Of a DNA stretch of 64,000 nt, positions 40,417 to 53,846 are shown piece after piece; the stretch's first letter is position 1; the number at the start of each line of letters is the position of its first letter. The DNA lies in NCBI RefSeq assembly GCF_006345805.1, contig NC_042998.1:62558001-62622000 (forward strand), given 5' to 3'. This DNA is from Octopus sinensis. Its lineage: Eukaryota. Both the position numbers and the translations under genes were made by a program. The notes beneath the pieces were generated by a model. It saw only the letters and a program-made list of their open reading frames with translations, was not told the origin of the DNA and searched no databases.

Positions 40417-40468
<52 letters not shown>

Positions 40469-40610
40469 TATATATATACTAGCAGAGAATATTCCCAGAA
40501 TTACCCAAGGGTACAACAATTTGTGTAAAAATATTTTTCAAATTCTCAAAATTCTCGAACCCCGATTAACTCCTGCTGTATTCTGAGCTAACAGTAATGT
40601 ACACTAGAAG

Positions 40611-40684
<74 letters not shown>

Positions 40685-42100
40685 TATTACTACTACTACT
40701 ACTACGCCTGACGTACTGGAAAAGAAACGAAATATTTACAGCTACAGCTTACACAGGAAGTTAAAAATTATTGACCGATATTGTATGGAAAAATTAGTTT
40801 TGTAATTCATTCTTTCCAGCGACGTTAAAATATAAACCAGTCAATTTCAGGGTTCGATATAAATCGATTATTCCCCTCCCCTCAAATCTATATTCTTGTT
40901 TCTGTTGGAAATTATTTGTGACGTCAGCCACATAAAAGTATTCGAAACGTCTTTAACTGGAAAACGAAATTATTTCGTGGACTTTGCTCATTAAATGCTT
41001 GCCACCACACTCCTCTTTCTCGTCCATTCGACCATTCGCCTTCCACGCAACACAACTATTCGTAAGTGACGATGGCAAGTATTCCTGCAACCTTTACATA
41101 GCATTGATACTTCTGTCCGTCTCCCCCAACATCGCGCTTTCTATTTTAGTTTCTCATTGTGACTTGTCAACTTCATAAGTAAATAATTTATCTGTTGACA
41201 TAAAGCCAAACGTGCTGGATGAGCAGTGTAATTTATCCCTGACTGTGTGAGCAGTACGGACAAGCAACAAGTGTAGCGTTTGTGCCAAGCCACTCCGGAA
41301 TCCGTTTCTGATTATGATGGTTTGCAGTTATTAAATCAACTTTAATTACTTTGATCTGGCATATAGCTACAGAATCTATGATAAGAACAAGGAGCAAGAG
41401 AGAGAGGAGGAGAGGGAGAAAGAATAGGGTTTAAAACAAAATGAGAGTAAGGAAGAGAGAAGAGGCGTTGAGAGAAAGAGGTGAGCGTAGAGCGAAAATA
41501 GAGGAAATATTCTAGTAATAGATGTACGCGAAGAAGAGAGCCAATCAAATCAAATGATGCTGTAGATTGTAGTCCGCCACCCTCGCACCTTTTTGTTCAC
41601 GAACGTGGTTTATAATAAATTCAACTAATTCACGTCATTTTTATTGATATATCTGTACCTGTCTACGCCCGTTTCTCTCTCCTTCTCTCTCTCTCTTTCT
41701 CTGCCTATCTCTTGGTCCGTCTCTGAGTCTATCTAGCTCATTCTACCTTCATACGCACCGTTTGAAAATAAAATGTGGACAGAGATTTCGGGATTTCGAT
41801 TTGCTCACCTTCATTAATCTGAATGAAAGCAAGCAAGCCGAAGCTTCGAAGTTACTGTCAGTCTTTTCCTCGTTAAAGTTTAAGAAATATGCAATCTATA
41901 TAAGAATATTGAGCAACGTTTCTGTTTAACATTATATATCAATTTATATATAAAAGCCAAAAGAAATTAACATACACGCGGGCGCGCACAGACACACACT
42001 TATATACATATGTATGTGTATGTATATGCGTGTGTGCGTGAATGTTTGCGTACCTATTCTCTCTCTCACGCCTACAACCATGTATCAATCAACCTGTCTG

Positions 42101-42163
<63 letters not shown>

Positions 42164-42639
42164 GTCTGTCTGTCTGTCCGTCCGTCTGTCTGTCTGTTCT
42201 TCTGTCTGTCTGATTATCTATCTATCTATCTATGTAAACTATTCTTCATACCTCCCCTTCTTTCATTCTTTCCCCATATATTACATTCCATTATATAACA
42301 GACCCACAACTTTGTCGAATCTTCAAACTGCGGAACCTGTCCCCTCTTAAAATTTAGAAAAAAAAAATGCTGTTGATTCTTATCCTGTCACTTATACAAG
42401 GCCGTTTAATGTATTTGGCCAATGACTAACACCCGTAAACCACACTGGTCCACGTCTCACAGGCAGTAATTAACTACCGTTGAGAGAACGAAGATTTCAA
42501 TATAAATACCAGAGACGTAGTAGCATAGACAACAACTGTTTTGTTAACACGTATCAGCTGTGGCGCTTCCTTAGCCCAAAGAAGAGCTAGAGTGGGCTAG
42601 CGAAGATATTTTTAAAATTCTATATATTCTTTTCTGCTA

Positions 42640-43398
42640 CGAAATACCTTTTTCTGTACTACCCACAAGGGGCTAAACACACAGAGGACAAACAAGGACA
42701 GACAAACGGATTAAGTCGCTTATATCAACCCCAGTGCGTAACTGGTACTAAATTTATCGACCCCGAAAGGATGAAAGGCAAAGTTGACCTCGGCGGAATT
42801 TGAACTCAGAACGTAACAGCAGACAACATACGGTTACGCATTTCGCCCGGCGTGATAACGTTTCTGCCAGCTCGCCACCTTTGGTTAGTAAAATATTCTT
42901 TTTTACTCTAGGCACAAGGCCCGAAATGTTTGGGGAGAAGGCCACTCGATTAGATCGACCCCCTAGTACGCAACTGGTACTTAATTCATCGTACCCGAAA
43001 GGATGGAAGGCAGAGTCGACCTCAGCGGATTTTGAACTCAGAAAGTAAAAACAGACGAAATGCCTATTTCTTTACTACCCACAAGGAGATAAACACAGAG
43101 AGGACAAACAAGGACAGACAAAGGGATTAAGTCGATTATATCGACCCCAGTGCATAACTGGTACTTATTTAATCGACCCCGAAAGGATGAAAGACAAAGT
43201 CGACCTCGGCGGAATTTGAACGAAATTTTTGGGGAGCGGGCCAGTCAATTAGATCGATCCCCGTACGTACCTGGTACTTAATTTATCGACCCCGAAAGTC
43301 AAAGTCGACTTCGGCCGAATTTGAACTCAGAACGTAAAGACACGAAATATCGCTAAGCATTTCGTATGATGTGCTAACGTTTCTGCCAGCTCGCCACA
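42640..43398 (-). mobile_element. Cluster of about four SINE family A monomers
   Basis: Repeated ATCGACCCCGAAAGGATGAAAGGCAAAGTCGACCTCGGCGGAATTTGAACTCAGAACG cores. Confidence 0.9.
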
Positions 43399-44224
43399 TT
43401 TTAAATTTCATATATCATATATTTACATTCGACCTGCGGTTCAAGAACTGGAAAATACGAGGCAGTTTTTGCCCCTATTTTTATTAATAAGAGACAAAAA
43501 CGTAGTTTACGTCTCTGCAACTCCTCTGTCTTCGTAGAGTATTGGACATACATAAAAATTTAGAAACCATGTCGAATTAATTAAACTTGTCAATTTGTGT
43601 GACCATTTTAATATCTCCAGATGGCTCTTGATGGTGACAAAAGCTATCACAAGTGTTTCAACATATCGCCCTTAAGTCTATGCTCTTCGCCTCTGCGGGA
43701 CAGCGGGGACTAAATTAGCCGATGCCTTGCAAACGGTTCCGTCTACGGCATCTTCTCACAAGCAAACACCTCCAACTTGTCTCAGCTGTTATGGTTATCT
43801 CATTGGTGATGTTCGTGAGTATAAATAAATAAATAAATAAATAGTAGAAAGTAACTTGCAATGGAGTAAGAGCATTTTCTAAACAGTAGGTCAGGGAACT
43901 GGTTTTGAGTGGATAAAGGTACACAACACTGATCCAAGCCTTTAACACAATCAGCGGCACAACAAATGCTGAGACGATGAGAAACCAACTATACTTAGGT
44001 TTATTTATACGGGAGTCTACCTTCCACTAGAAGAAAGTTCTAACGAAATGTAGGGGTCCTTCATACATACACACATACTTACATAAATGCATACATACAA
44101 ACACAGAGCATGTCTAGATAGGCAACTATATGCATGAGAATACATACATAAAGCAAAAAATACAAATCTGAATGTATGCATACATACATGCATGCATACA
44201 TACATACATACATACATACATACA

Positions 44225-44255
<31 letters not shown>

Positions 44256-44267
44256 GTAACGGTAGCT

Positions 44268-44583
44268 AGGTATGCTTGTATGAAATCTATTTTTGGGAAT
44301 ATAGTGCAACCATGCAGAGAAGTTGCAAAATCCTGGATATTTGGTATAGGATACTTATCTGGAATGGTAATAGCGTTGAGTCGTCTATAGTTTCCAGTAG
44401 GTCTATAATCACCAGATTTCTTTTTCACTAAATGGAGTGGTGATGACCAGTTAAATGTTTGTTAAATTCTTGGACCAAAGCACATGTCTAACGATTTTGG
44501 TAGTTGGACGAGTTTTTGTTTCTGCAAAAGGTTCTAAAGTTGGTCGCATATATTTCTGCATATATATCACGTCGGAGTCACCA
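44268..44583 (-). mobile_element. Ty3/Gypsy remnant: PBS + RT fragment
   Basis: WSSPLHLVKKKSGDYRPTGNYRRLNAITIPDKYPIPNIQD...KIDF; TGGTGACTCCGACGTGAT (44583-44566) complementary to the eukaryotic tRNA-Trp 3' end with one mismatch. Confidence 0.85.
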
Positions 44584-45176
44584 ATTTATGTTGTGGAAAT
44601 ATATATTTAGTACCAGGTGTTGCTATGGCTGCGTGTATATTATTACAGGGATTCATATATAGATAAAGAATAAATACAAGAACTATATATTTATTACATA
44701 AAAAAATATTCTTTTTACTGGTCAATGATGATACATAATCAAAATATGTAGAATCTAGTTGAAAGAATTAAGCTATGCAAGAAGGTTCAGAAATAGAAAA
44801 TGTAGAAATAACAGCTAAGTGGTGGTTTTCAGTCATGTAGCATAGAGAAATAGACGGACATAGCAAGAGAAACGGTAAGCTTCTTGAATAATTAAGAATC
44901 ACATTTCATGACACAGATGCTTCGAGAAACTTAGAAAGAGAGGTTACTCTATAATCTTTCTTGCCAGGGAGCTGATTCAACTATTTAGCTACATAGACTA
45001 CTACACATACATACAACTTACATACATACATACATACATACATACAAACAAACAGACCAAAAATATCCTGTCGTTGATGTTGAAATTCCAAAGAAGGAGC
45101 CTCGAATATAGGTTAGAAACCGGCTCTTTCTATATTGACAAGAAATCTTGAAATAAAATTGAACAATGACATACAT

Positions 45177-45592
45177 ATCAGGTCATTAAGAATGAAATGT
45201 CCGATTTTCTTATGAATCAAGTTTGACAATCGTTAACTCTAATGTTTTAGCCCACAAATCTTTGTTTTACTACATTGAAGAGTTACATCATTACCTTACG
45301 AAATGCGATTCATAGTGTCTGATTATACTGTGACTTTTCTCTTGTAAATCAATTTTTGTGAACCCATGGATAGATGAAAAAATTCCTCTTGTTTATGAAT
45401 GAGTTCCGTTGTGGAACAAATGCATCCCAGACAGCACGAAACATCAGTGAAGTGTTTGAAGATGTGAAGATGTGACGAATGAGCGCACTGTATGTCGATG
45501 GTTTGAGAATTCCGATTTGGTGACTTTACTCTTGAAAATCAGCTTCGTAGTAGACCTGAGACAAAGATGGATAATGATGAGCTTGAAACTGT
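45177..45592 (+). mobile_element. Mariner 5' end and transposase N-terminal HTH remnant
   Basis: FMNEFRCGTNASQTARNISEVF...ERTVCRWFE..RFGDFTLENQLRSRPETKMDNDEL (frameshifted). Confidence 0.75.
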
Positions 45593-45619
45593 ATATATAG
45601 GGAGAATTCACAAAAAAAC

Positions 45620-45785
45620 CCCAAAAGACGAAGACAGATAGTGTAGACAACAAACAGATGTATTAGTATAACGGTCGGGAAGTGAAAAAGTCTTTAACGT
45701 TCCGAGCCTACGCTCTTCCACAGAAAGTAACACAGAAAGAAACAAGGAGAGAAAATAAAGAATGTGTAGTGGCTAGCGATCTAGT
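45620..45785 (-). mobile_element. Short Penelope-like pLTR family, copy 2 (HHR 45692-45727 degenerate)
   Basis: CUUU-CUGUGGAA-GAGCGUAGGCUC-GGAA-CG-UU-AAAG. Confidence 0.7.
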
Positions 45786-46679
45786 GGCTTGATGTTTATA
45801 TGTATGCAAATATATGTGTGTGTTTGTGTTTGTGTGTATGTGTGCGTGTGTGTGTGTGTGCGTGCATATATGTGCATATTTATATATATACATATGCACA
45901 TATATGCACGCATACACACTCACACTCACACATGTACTTGCATACAAATAAACAACAAGCTTTTGAATTGTTCTCTCTACCAAATTCCACCTACAAAACT
46001 GAGGTCTGTCTTGGTAGAAGTCCCAGTGCGTTAATGCCACTGTGCTATTAGAGAAAGCAAGCACTAGACTTCTCTCTACCTGATAATATGTGCTGCAAAG
46101 AGAGTTGTATAGGCACATACAAATTCTGTCAATTCTATTCTCTTTGATTCGTTATCAATCATTTCAAATACTTTCAGTCTCTTACTATAACCTTATAGTT
46201 AAACGTTTTACTGCGATTTCCAATTCCGTTGAATATTTCCAGTCACTATCAGTATTTCTCAGTCCTAATCAATCCTGTCTTTAATGGATGTGTCTAATTG
46301 TTAATTAGGCGAAATTAAGCAATTAAGTCTGTTCATAGCATCTGTGTGAGATAAGAACGATGACGTTGAAATGTCTTTCTAATCTACTGAGATAAACGTC
46401 CGGTGATAAATGCTTGCATATAATAAATTTTAGTGTTGAATTGACTCTTTACAAAAGTAGCGATCACAGAGAAGCTAAATCAGAATTAAAACTTGATTCC
46501 TTTAGAAATCTTGAGAGAGATAATTTGGGATTCTATTCTTGGACTAAATTATTGGTGTTACTTCTTTTTTCCTCAAGACCTTTTGATATGCCCAAGTTTG
46601 GATGACTGATTAACTACGACACTGAATATTATTGCGTCTTATCGTACCGAAACTAATCGTTGGCATGCCGGATAAAATA

Positions 46680-48148
46680 CTTAACAGTATTTCGTTCGTC
46701 TTCACGTCCTGGGTTCAAACTCCATCGAGGTCGACTTTGCCTTTCGTCCTATCGAGATCGATAAAACAAGTGGCAGTTGAGCACTGGGATCACTCTAATG
46801 GACTTGCCCTCTCCTTCGAGAGTTGCTGACCTTGAGTCATAATTTGAAAACCATTATGAATGAGTAATATTATGGTTATCGTAATCGTTAGGACGCCGGA
46901 CAAACTGTTTAGCGGCATTTCGTTCCTATTTACGTTCTTGGTTTAAATTCCGCTGAGGTCGACTTTGCTTTTCATCCTGTCAGGATCGATAAAATAAGTA
47001 TGTGTCAAGCATTGGGGTCGACGTAATCGACTAGTTCCCTTTCTCCAAAAATTCAGGCGTTATGCATATAAACTTTTCTACTTTAAGCACAAGGCCTGAA
47101 ATTTTGGGGGAGGGAGCCAGTTGATTAGATCGACTCCGGTACGCAACTGGTATTTAATTTATCGACTCCGAAAGAATGAAAGGCAAAGTCGACCTCGGTG
47201 GAATTTGAACCCAGAACGTAAAGACACGAAATACCGCTAAGACGAGCTAACGTTTCTTAGTTGTTTATTGCCCACAAGGGGCTAAACATAGAGGAGACAA
47301 ACAAGGATAAACAAAGGGATTAAGTCGATTACATCGACCCCAGTGCGTAACTGGCACTTACTTTATTTATCGACTCCGAAAGAATGAAAGGCAAAGTCGA
47401 CCTCGGTGGAATTTGAACTCAGAACGTAAAGACAGACGAAATACTGCTAAGCATTTCGCCCGGCGCTCTCACGTTTCTGCCAGCTCGCAGCCTTAGGCGT
47501 TATGCATATGATAGAAAATATAACTGAACCTGAAAGAAATTGATTAAAATATTGGAAGGATGGCAGGATTATTAGAGCAGCAGATTAATCAACTAGTTGA
47601 ATTTAGTTCAATACCTCATGCTGATGTGTTCGATTTCAAGAAGAGGTCGTTTCGTCATTGATCACTCGATGAAATAAGCACCAGACAAGCACTAATTGAC
47701 ATCATTGTCTACATTCTATCGTCCCAAACAATTTATAAGCCATAAAAAACGCTTTGAGACCGCAACCAGTTCAGTGACAAAATTCCGTGCAGCACGGAAT
47801 TTTGTCAGTGAACATGCCGCGGTCTCAAAGCGACGAAAATATTTTGGCAAATTAAATTTAAATGTTGAAGTAAATCTGATGGTTTTTGTGTCTTTTTAGA
47901 TGGCTTATAAATACCTATTTCTTTACTATCCACAAGGGGCTAAACACAGAGAGGACAAACAAGGACATACAAACGGATTAAGTCGATTATATCGACACCA
48001 GCGCGTAACTGGTCCTGAATTTATCGACCCCGAAAGGATGAAAGGCAAAGTCGGCCTCAGCGGAATTTGAACTCAGAACGCAGCGGCAGACGAAATACCG
48101 CTAAGCATTTCGCCCGACGTGCTAACGATTCTGCCAGCTCGCTGCCTT
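46680..48148. mobile_element. SINE family A cluster (+ 46680-46830, + 46885-47070, - 47073-47495, - 47910-48148)
   Basis: Family A cores in both orientations. Confidence 0.85.
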
Positions 48149-48344
48149 ATAAATACCTTCCACGCTGCAATTGACTTTGTTTCAGTACACGATCTCAGAT
48201 CAGGTCACTTGCTATGCAAGTACATCTCCGTCATATCTTCCTAAAATACACTAAATGGTAAGAAACTCAAAAGAGCTGAACTGTAGAAGGTTTTCAGAAA
48301 AATATCATGATAATATATATTATTGATTATACCATTTGTTACAT

Positions 48345-49080
48345 ATATTCTTTTATTCTTTTATTTGTTTCAATCATTTGATTGCGGCTACGCTGGAGCA
48401 CCGCCTTCAGTCGAGCAAATCGACCCCTGGACTTATTTTTTGTAAGCTTAGTACTTAGTATATTATATCACACTTTGATGCTTTGTGGCCTAAGATCCCC
48501 GTTGACAGGCCACTGGTATTTATAGTGTCAAAATCGATTAAGGTTGTTTTTTTTAGTTTGCGGAGAAAATGCTAAAATTTTCCCTATTTATAATTATACA
48601 ATACATACACACACAGTCACACACACACACGCGCACACACACAGACACAAACACACACACACACACAAACTCACACACACACACGCACACACACACACAC
48701 ACATATATATAGGCGCAGGAGTGGCTGTGTGGTAAGAAGCTTGCTTCCCAACCACATGGATCCGGGTTCAGTCCCACTGCGTGGCACCTTGGACAATTGT
48801 CTTCGACTGTAGCCACAGTTCAAGCAGGGACTTGTCAGAGGATTTGAGAGATGGAAATTGAAAGAAGCCCGACGTATATCTTTATATATGTGTGTTTTGT
48901 GTGTCTGTGTTTCTCCCCTCTCCACTATCGCTTGACAACCGATATTGGTGTATATACGTCCCGGTAATTTTGCGGTTTGGCAAAAGAGCACTATAGAATA
49001 AGTCCTGGGGCGAGGGAGATGTGTTCGACTAAAAGTGATGCTCCAGGATTACCGCAGTCAAATAACTGAAACAAAAGAAT
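48345..49080. mobile_element. SINE family B: 3' part (-, 48345-48455) and full copy (+, 48711-49080)
   Basis: GGCGCAGGAGTGGCTGTGTGGTAAG...GCTTGACAACCG...CAGTCAAATAACTGAAAC. Confidence 0.85.
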
Positions 49081-49182
49081 ATTCGTACATACATACATAC
49101 ATACATACATACATACATACATACATACATACATACATACATACACAATACATATATACATATATAATATATATATATATAA

Positions 49183-49224
<42 letters not shown>

Positions 49225-49305
49225 AAATTAATATAAATAATTATACATATATATAATATAAATAAATATATAAAATATTTATATATATTATTATATATAT
49301 ATATA

Positions 49306-49349
<44 letters not shown>

Positions 49350-49378
49350 TAATATATAATTATATTATATATTTCTAT

Positions 49379-49410
<32 letters not shown>

Positions 49411-49622
49411 ATTGGTTGGATTCCGAGTTATATGTCATGGCCGTTCGGATATCGAATCGCACTAGAGTTGGTAGAATATCAAGTTCAGTCAATGTTAATC
49501 GATTGACTCAATTGCTTCGTTCTGACTCCACTGCGGTCTTCTTCTTGTTCTTGATTATCATCAATATTGAGGGCAGCGGTCTGCCAGAATCATCGCAGAG
49601 CGGGTATTTATTCCAGTTCTTC

Positions 49623-49945
49623 AGATTTTGAATTTAAACTATTTCTTCTTCTTCTTCTTCTTCTTCTCCTCCTCCTCCTCCTCCTCCTCCTCCCCTCCTT
49701 CTTCTTCTTCTTCTTCTTCTTCTTCTTCTTCTTCTTCCCGTCATCGTCCTCCTTCTCGCCCTCCCCTCGTCCTCCTCGATCTCCTCCTCGCCCTCCTCCT
49801 TGTCCTCCTTATCTTCCCCCTCGTCCACGTCCTCCTCCCCTCCTCCACTCCTCCTTCCTCCTTCTCTTCTTCTTCTTCTTCTTCTTCTTCTTCTTCTTCT
49901 TCGTCTTCTTCTTCACTTCCACCTCCACCTCCTCCCGCAGTAACC
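49623..49945. repeat. Polypyrimidine (CTT)n/(CCT)n tract
   Basis: Direct reading; strand-asymmetric. Confidence 0.95.
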
Positions 49946-50512
49946 ACTTCCCATAATTTGTCGCTTTCAATCAGCTACATCATTATGATATTATGCAATG
50001 AGAATATGAAAATCTCTAAATCTATGATAGAAAGTCACGCAAGCCCTAATACACGTAACACACACATACACACACACACAGACGGAACAAATGAAGATAC
50101 TGAACTGTTGTGAAAGCCACTCTTAATAATTTATGAATATATAATTTCTCCTACGGACGCACACACACACACACATGTATATATATGTATATACAGATAT
50201 ATATATATATAATTATATACGTACGTATGTATATGCATAGGACTGGGTGTGTATAATATTTCACAAATACGTCAAGGATATAGTTTCGTGCGAAGTTTAT
50301 CAAATTAACCGATAGATTTGATATAATATATCAAATTACTTTGAATCGAGAGCAAAATCATCTAATGTAAAGACAGAGTCACACACACACACAAAGAAAA
50401 TGAAGCAATGCACTCTTAGATGGATGTATCTATGTACGCATGTATGTGTATATGTGCCTGCCTGGCTGTCTGATTGTCTCTGTGTGTGTGTGTGTGTGTG
50501 TGTGTCTGTGTG

Positions 50513-50588
<76 letters not shown>

Positions 50589-50829
50589 ATCTATCTGTCT
50601 GTCTATCCTTTATATTGGAAGCAAAACCTATAGTTTGTCTCGCGATTCGAGTTTCGCGCTTCAGTAATCTTCATGTGAGAACAGAGGCGTGAAACTCGGG
50701 TCGTGTTTTAATTAAAAAATAAAAGCTTAAATTCTACATGTATTGAGCACTCTTCTCTCGCCTGTCCGATATATAACAACGTACGTACGTACGTACGTAC
50801 GTAATATATGTATAGTTCTAATTTACAGA

Positions 50830-51000
50830 AATCAAAAGACGAAGACAGGTGTAGAAACAACAGCAGGTGTATTAGTTTAACGCTCGGGATGAATGGAAAA
50901 GTCTTTTACGTTTCGAGCATACGCTCTTCGGCAGAAAGGATTAAGAGAAAAAAAATTATAGAGAATGAAAAAGAACGAGATGGAAACAAAATGTGTAGGG
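50830..51000 (-). mobile_element. Short Penelope-like pLTR family, copy 3 (HHR 50903-50938)
   Basis: CUUU-CUGCCGAA-GAGCGUAUGCUC-GAAA-CG-UA^AAAG. Confidence 0.7.
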
Positions 51001-51019
51001 ATTAACGGTTCAATATATA

Positions 51020-51081
<62 letters not shown>

Positions 51082-51245
51082 CGTATGTATGCGTATGTAT
51101 TTAAACGTACATATTATATCCATCTATCTATCTATCTATCGTATCTATCTATCTATCTATCATCTACTATCTATCTACTATCTATCTATCTGTCTATTTA
51201 GTTATCCTCCCTCTCTCTCTTTCTTTCTTTCTCTCTCTCTCTCTG

Positions 51246-51294
<49 letters not shown>

Positions 51295-51968
51295 CAACGC
51301 TATTATCTATCAACGAAAACTGGGTTTCTAGATATATTTGTACAAAATTTATGAGAATAGCATGTATGTTTCCTTCAGGTTATTGAATTAGAATAACGTA
51401 TTACAATCAAAAGATGTCAACTGTTGACGCAATCGATGTATATAGACTGAATAACATGGATATAGCAGCAGTCTAATTTCTCCGTTCTGTGTATGCACAG
51501 AGAATGTTTAATAAACGAAAATTCTCCTAATGCACGAACGAATTTTGAAGGACAGTGCTTAAGAATGCTTAAGAATGCTTAACGTATAGCCAATGAGAAA
51601 TACACTCAACATGCCGTTAGGTCAGCTTGTTATATGCAGCATTCTCTCATAATGGAAAACAAATCCGGAGTAAACCAGGTTGGTTTCTAATTTATTAATT
51701 TTAATTTAATTTAATCGAAAACCTAAGGACCAGTTTTAATCAATAAGAATGTAGAATTAAATCATTGTAAGTAGATAAAATAAAGTTGGCGGAAATATGT
51801 GAATAGTTTCGTTTTAATACTGTTTTATTAAATATATTTTTGTTTTATAAATTAAAGTTGTAGACGAGTAAGGAAGATTTTAAGCTCTACTCAAGAAAAT
51901 TGTATATATTAAATATGTGGAATGTGTATATAGAAATATACACATTCCAGGATAGTCAGGATATTAAC

Positions 51969-52027
<59 letters not shown>

Positions 52028-52287
52028 GGCTGGGTATATGTGAAGAATTCAGAAGACAAGTCATCCCAGAAATAAGTAATTTAATATACAGGACACGCGC
52101 GTGTACACTCACCCACCACACGTACACACATAGTCACATAGACACATATACATGAATGGGATAGATAGATACAAACATACATACATGGCACTAACATTCC
52201 ATGGCTTCTCTCATCTGTACGATATATGTATGTATATACGTCTGTGTGTCTGCTTGTCTGTGTGTCTGCCTGTCTGTTTATCAATCA

Positions 52288-52353
<66 letters not shown>

Positions 52354-53069
52354 CATCTGGGCAAATGCAAGTATATCAAATACCAAACCACGTACATACT
52401 TAATTTATTTAAATTATCTTTGCCTCTATAGAGCGTGTCCTGACTAACAAATGGTAATTAAAACCAGCTCCATACGAGGAGCGTAGATAGTCTAAAGGAT
52501 TCTATAAAGTTGACATATCATTAAGGAAAAGAATAATTTTATTGTCTGGAGATAGGAGTACGGTTGTGTACATATGTTCCTACCTTAAGAAACGTTACCT
52601 GCACGGTTGTTATCCGACCTTATAATCTAATAGACCAGGTTTTAGCCTCATGCAAAAAAAAAGCAAAACATCTTTATAGCTTAGATAATTTGCATAATTT
52701 ATGCAAAACTCAGATTAGAGAAATAGCTCAGAGTGACCAATAGCTTGTATGCAAACAACACACAATTAATCAATGAAGGGCCGAAACTTAGTCTTGAATC
52801 CCTTCTTAATTAAAAAAAAAAGAAAACGAATAACGCGATAATGATTAATGCGATAATTAATACTTAGATTTACATACCAGAATTATAACCTTCATTTAAG
52901 AAAAAATCTTTCAATTGTTGATAAATTTTTGAGTTAGACAAAATAACCGTAGTATATAAAACTTTAGCAGCAGTTAACGAAAGTGATTTAAAAAGTTATG
53001 AACACTTCTTCATTCTTTGAAAAATATACTTTCTAGCATTAAAAGAAATAACCACAAAAAATATATATA

Positions 53070-53172
53070 TGGTTCCGGGATCAGTCCCACAGGGTGACAC
53101 CTTGGTCAAATGTCTTCTACTATAGTTTCGGGCCGACCAAAGCCTTGTGAATGGATTTGGTAGACGGAAACT
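53070..53172 (+). mobile_element. SINE family B fragment
   Basis: GGTTCCGGGATCAGTCCCAC...CCTTGGTCAAATGTCTTCTACTATAG...GGTAGACGGAAACT. Confidence 0.8.
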
Positions 53173-53177
53173 TGGTA

Positions 53178-53745
53178 TCTTCTTCTTCTTCTTCTTCTTC
53201 TTCTTCTTCTTCTTCTTCTTCTTCTTCTTCTTCTTCTTCTTCTTCTTCTTCTTCTTCTTCCTGTTGTTGTTGTTGTTGTTCTTCTTCTTCTTCTTCTTCT
53301 TCCTGTTCTTGTTCTTCTTGTTGTTGTTGTTGTTGTTGTTCTTCTTCTTCTTCTTCTTCTTCTTCTTCTTCTGTTTGGCTTTTGCTTTGTATTTGTACAC
53401 GTTGACTCCAGACAATGTTCTGGAATGACAACCCATACAGATAGCACATCTGATTTGGACCACCAACACCTGTAGATAAGTTCTACTCTTGGTGGATCTT
53501 AACATGTCTTTTGAGGCCACAGTTGGAATTGCCAACCTGGCATACACTGCACTTAAAGGTGTGCACAGACATATAGTCAGAATAGTTGGTGGAGGTTCGT
53601 TTTCCATGCGTTCGCAGATGAGATTTGAAGCTAGCCAAATGCAGGCATGTTCTGTCACAGACTGTGCACATAAAAAGGTCATTTTCATTCACCTTCTCGA
53701 TCGTTACATTCTTCCTTAGATCTCTCTTCTGTTTTGCGTTATTTG
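53178..53745 (-). mobile_element. RTE-type LINE 3' end with C2H2-like zinc fingers and (GAA)n tail
   Basis: AKQKRDLRK, FMCTVCDRTCLHLASFKSHLRTH, FKCSVCQ..GLKRHVKIH, third decayed finger; no TGEKP linkers; (GAA)/(CAA)n 53178-53372. Confidence 0.65.
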
Positions 53746-53747
53746 CG

Positions 53748-53790
<43 letters not shown>

Positions 53791-53812
53791 CATACATACA
53801 TACATACATACA

Positions 53813-53846
<34 letters not shown>

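Larger units (their letters stand above)
39248..40424. mobile_element. HHR-bearing non-coding tandem (485-486 bp) plus fold-back array, retrozyme/Penelope-pLTR-like
   Basis: 39248-39561 repeats at 39733-40049; 39634-40011 is inverted at 40047-40424; (TA)n on both flanks. Confidence 0.9.

Noticed and set aside
40960-41880. Possible first exons or promoter (GTAAGT donor near 41061; minus GTGAGC donor near 41810)
   Set aside because: Isolated splice-like words without an ORF or other support
45075-45150. Degenerate HHR-like GAAACCGG motif
   Set aside because: Core CUGANGA absent
52771-52800. TCAA-TGAAG-GGCC-GAAA-CTTAG-TC-TTGA
   Set aside because: First half of the core deleted; cannot be distinguished from chance
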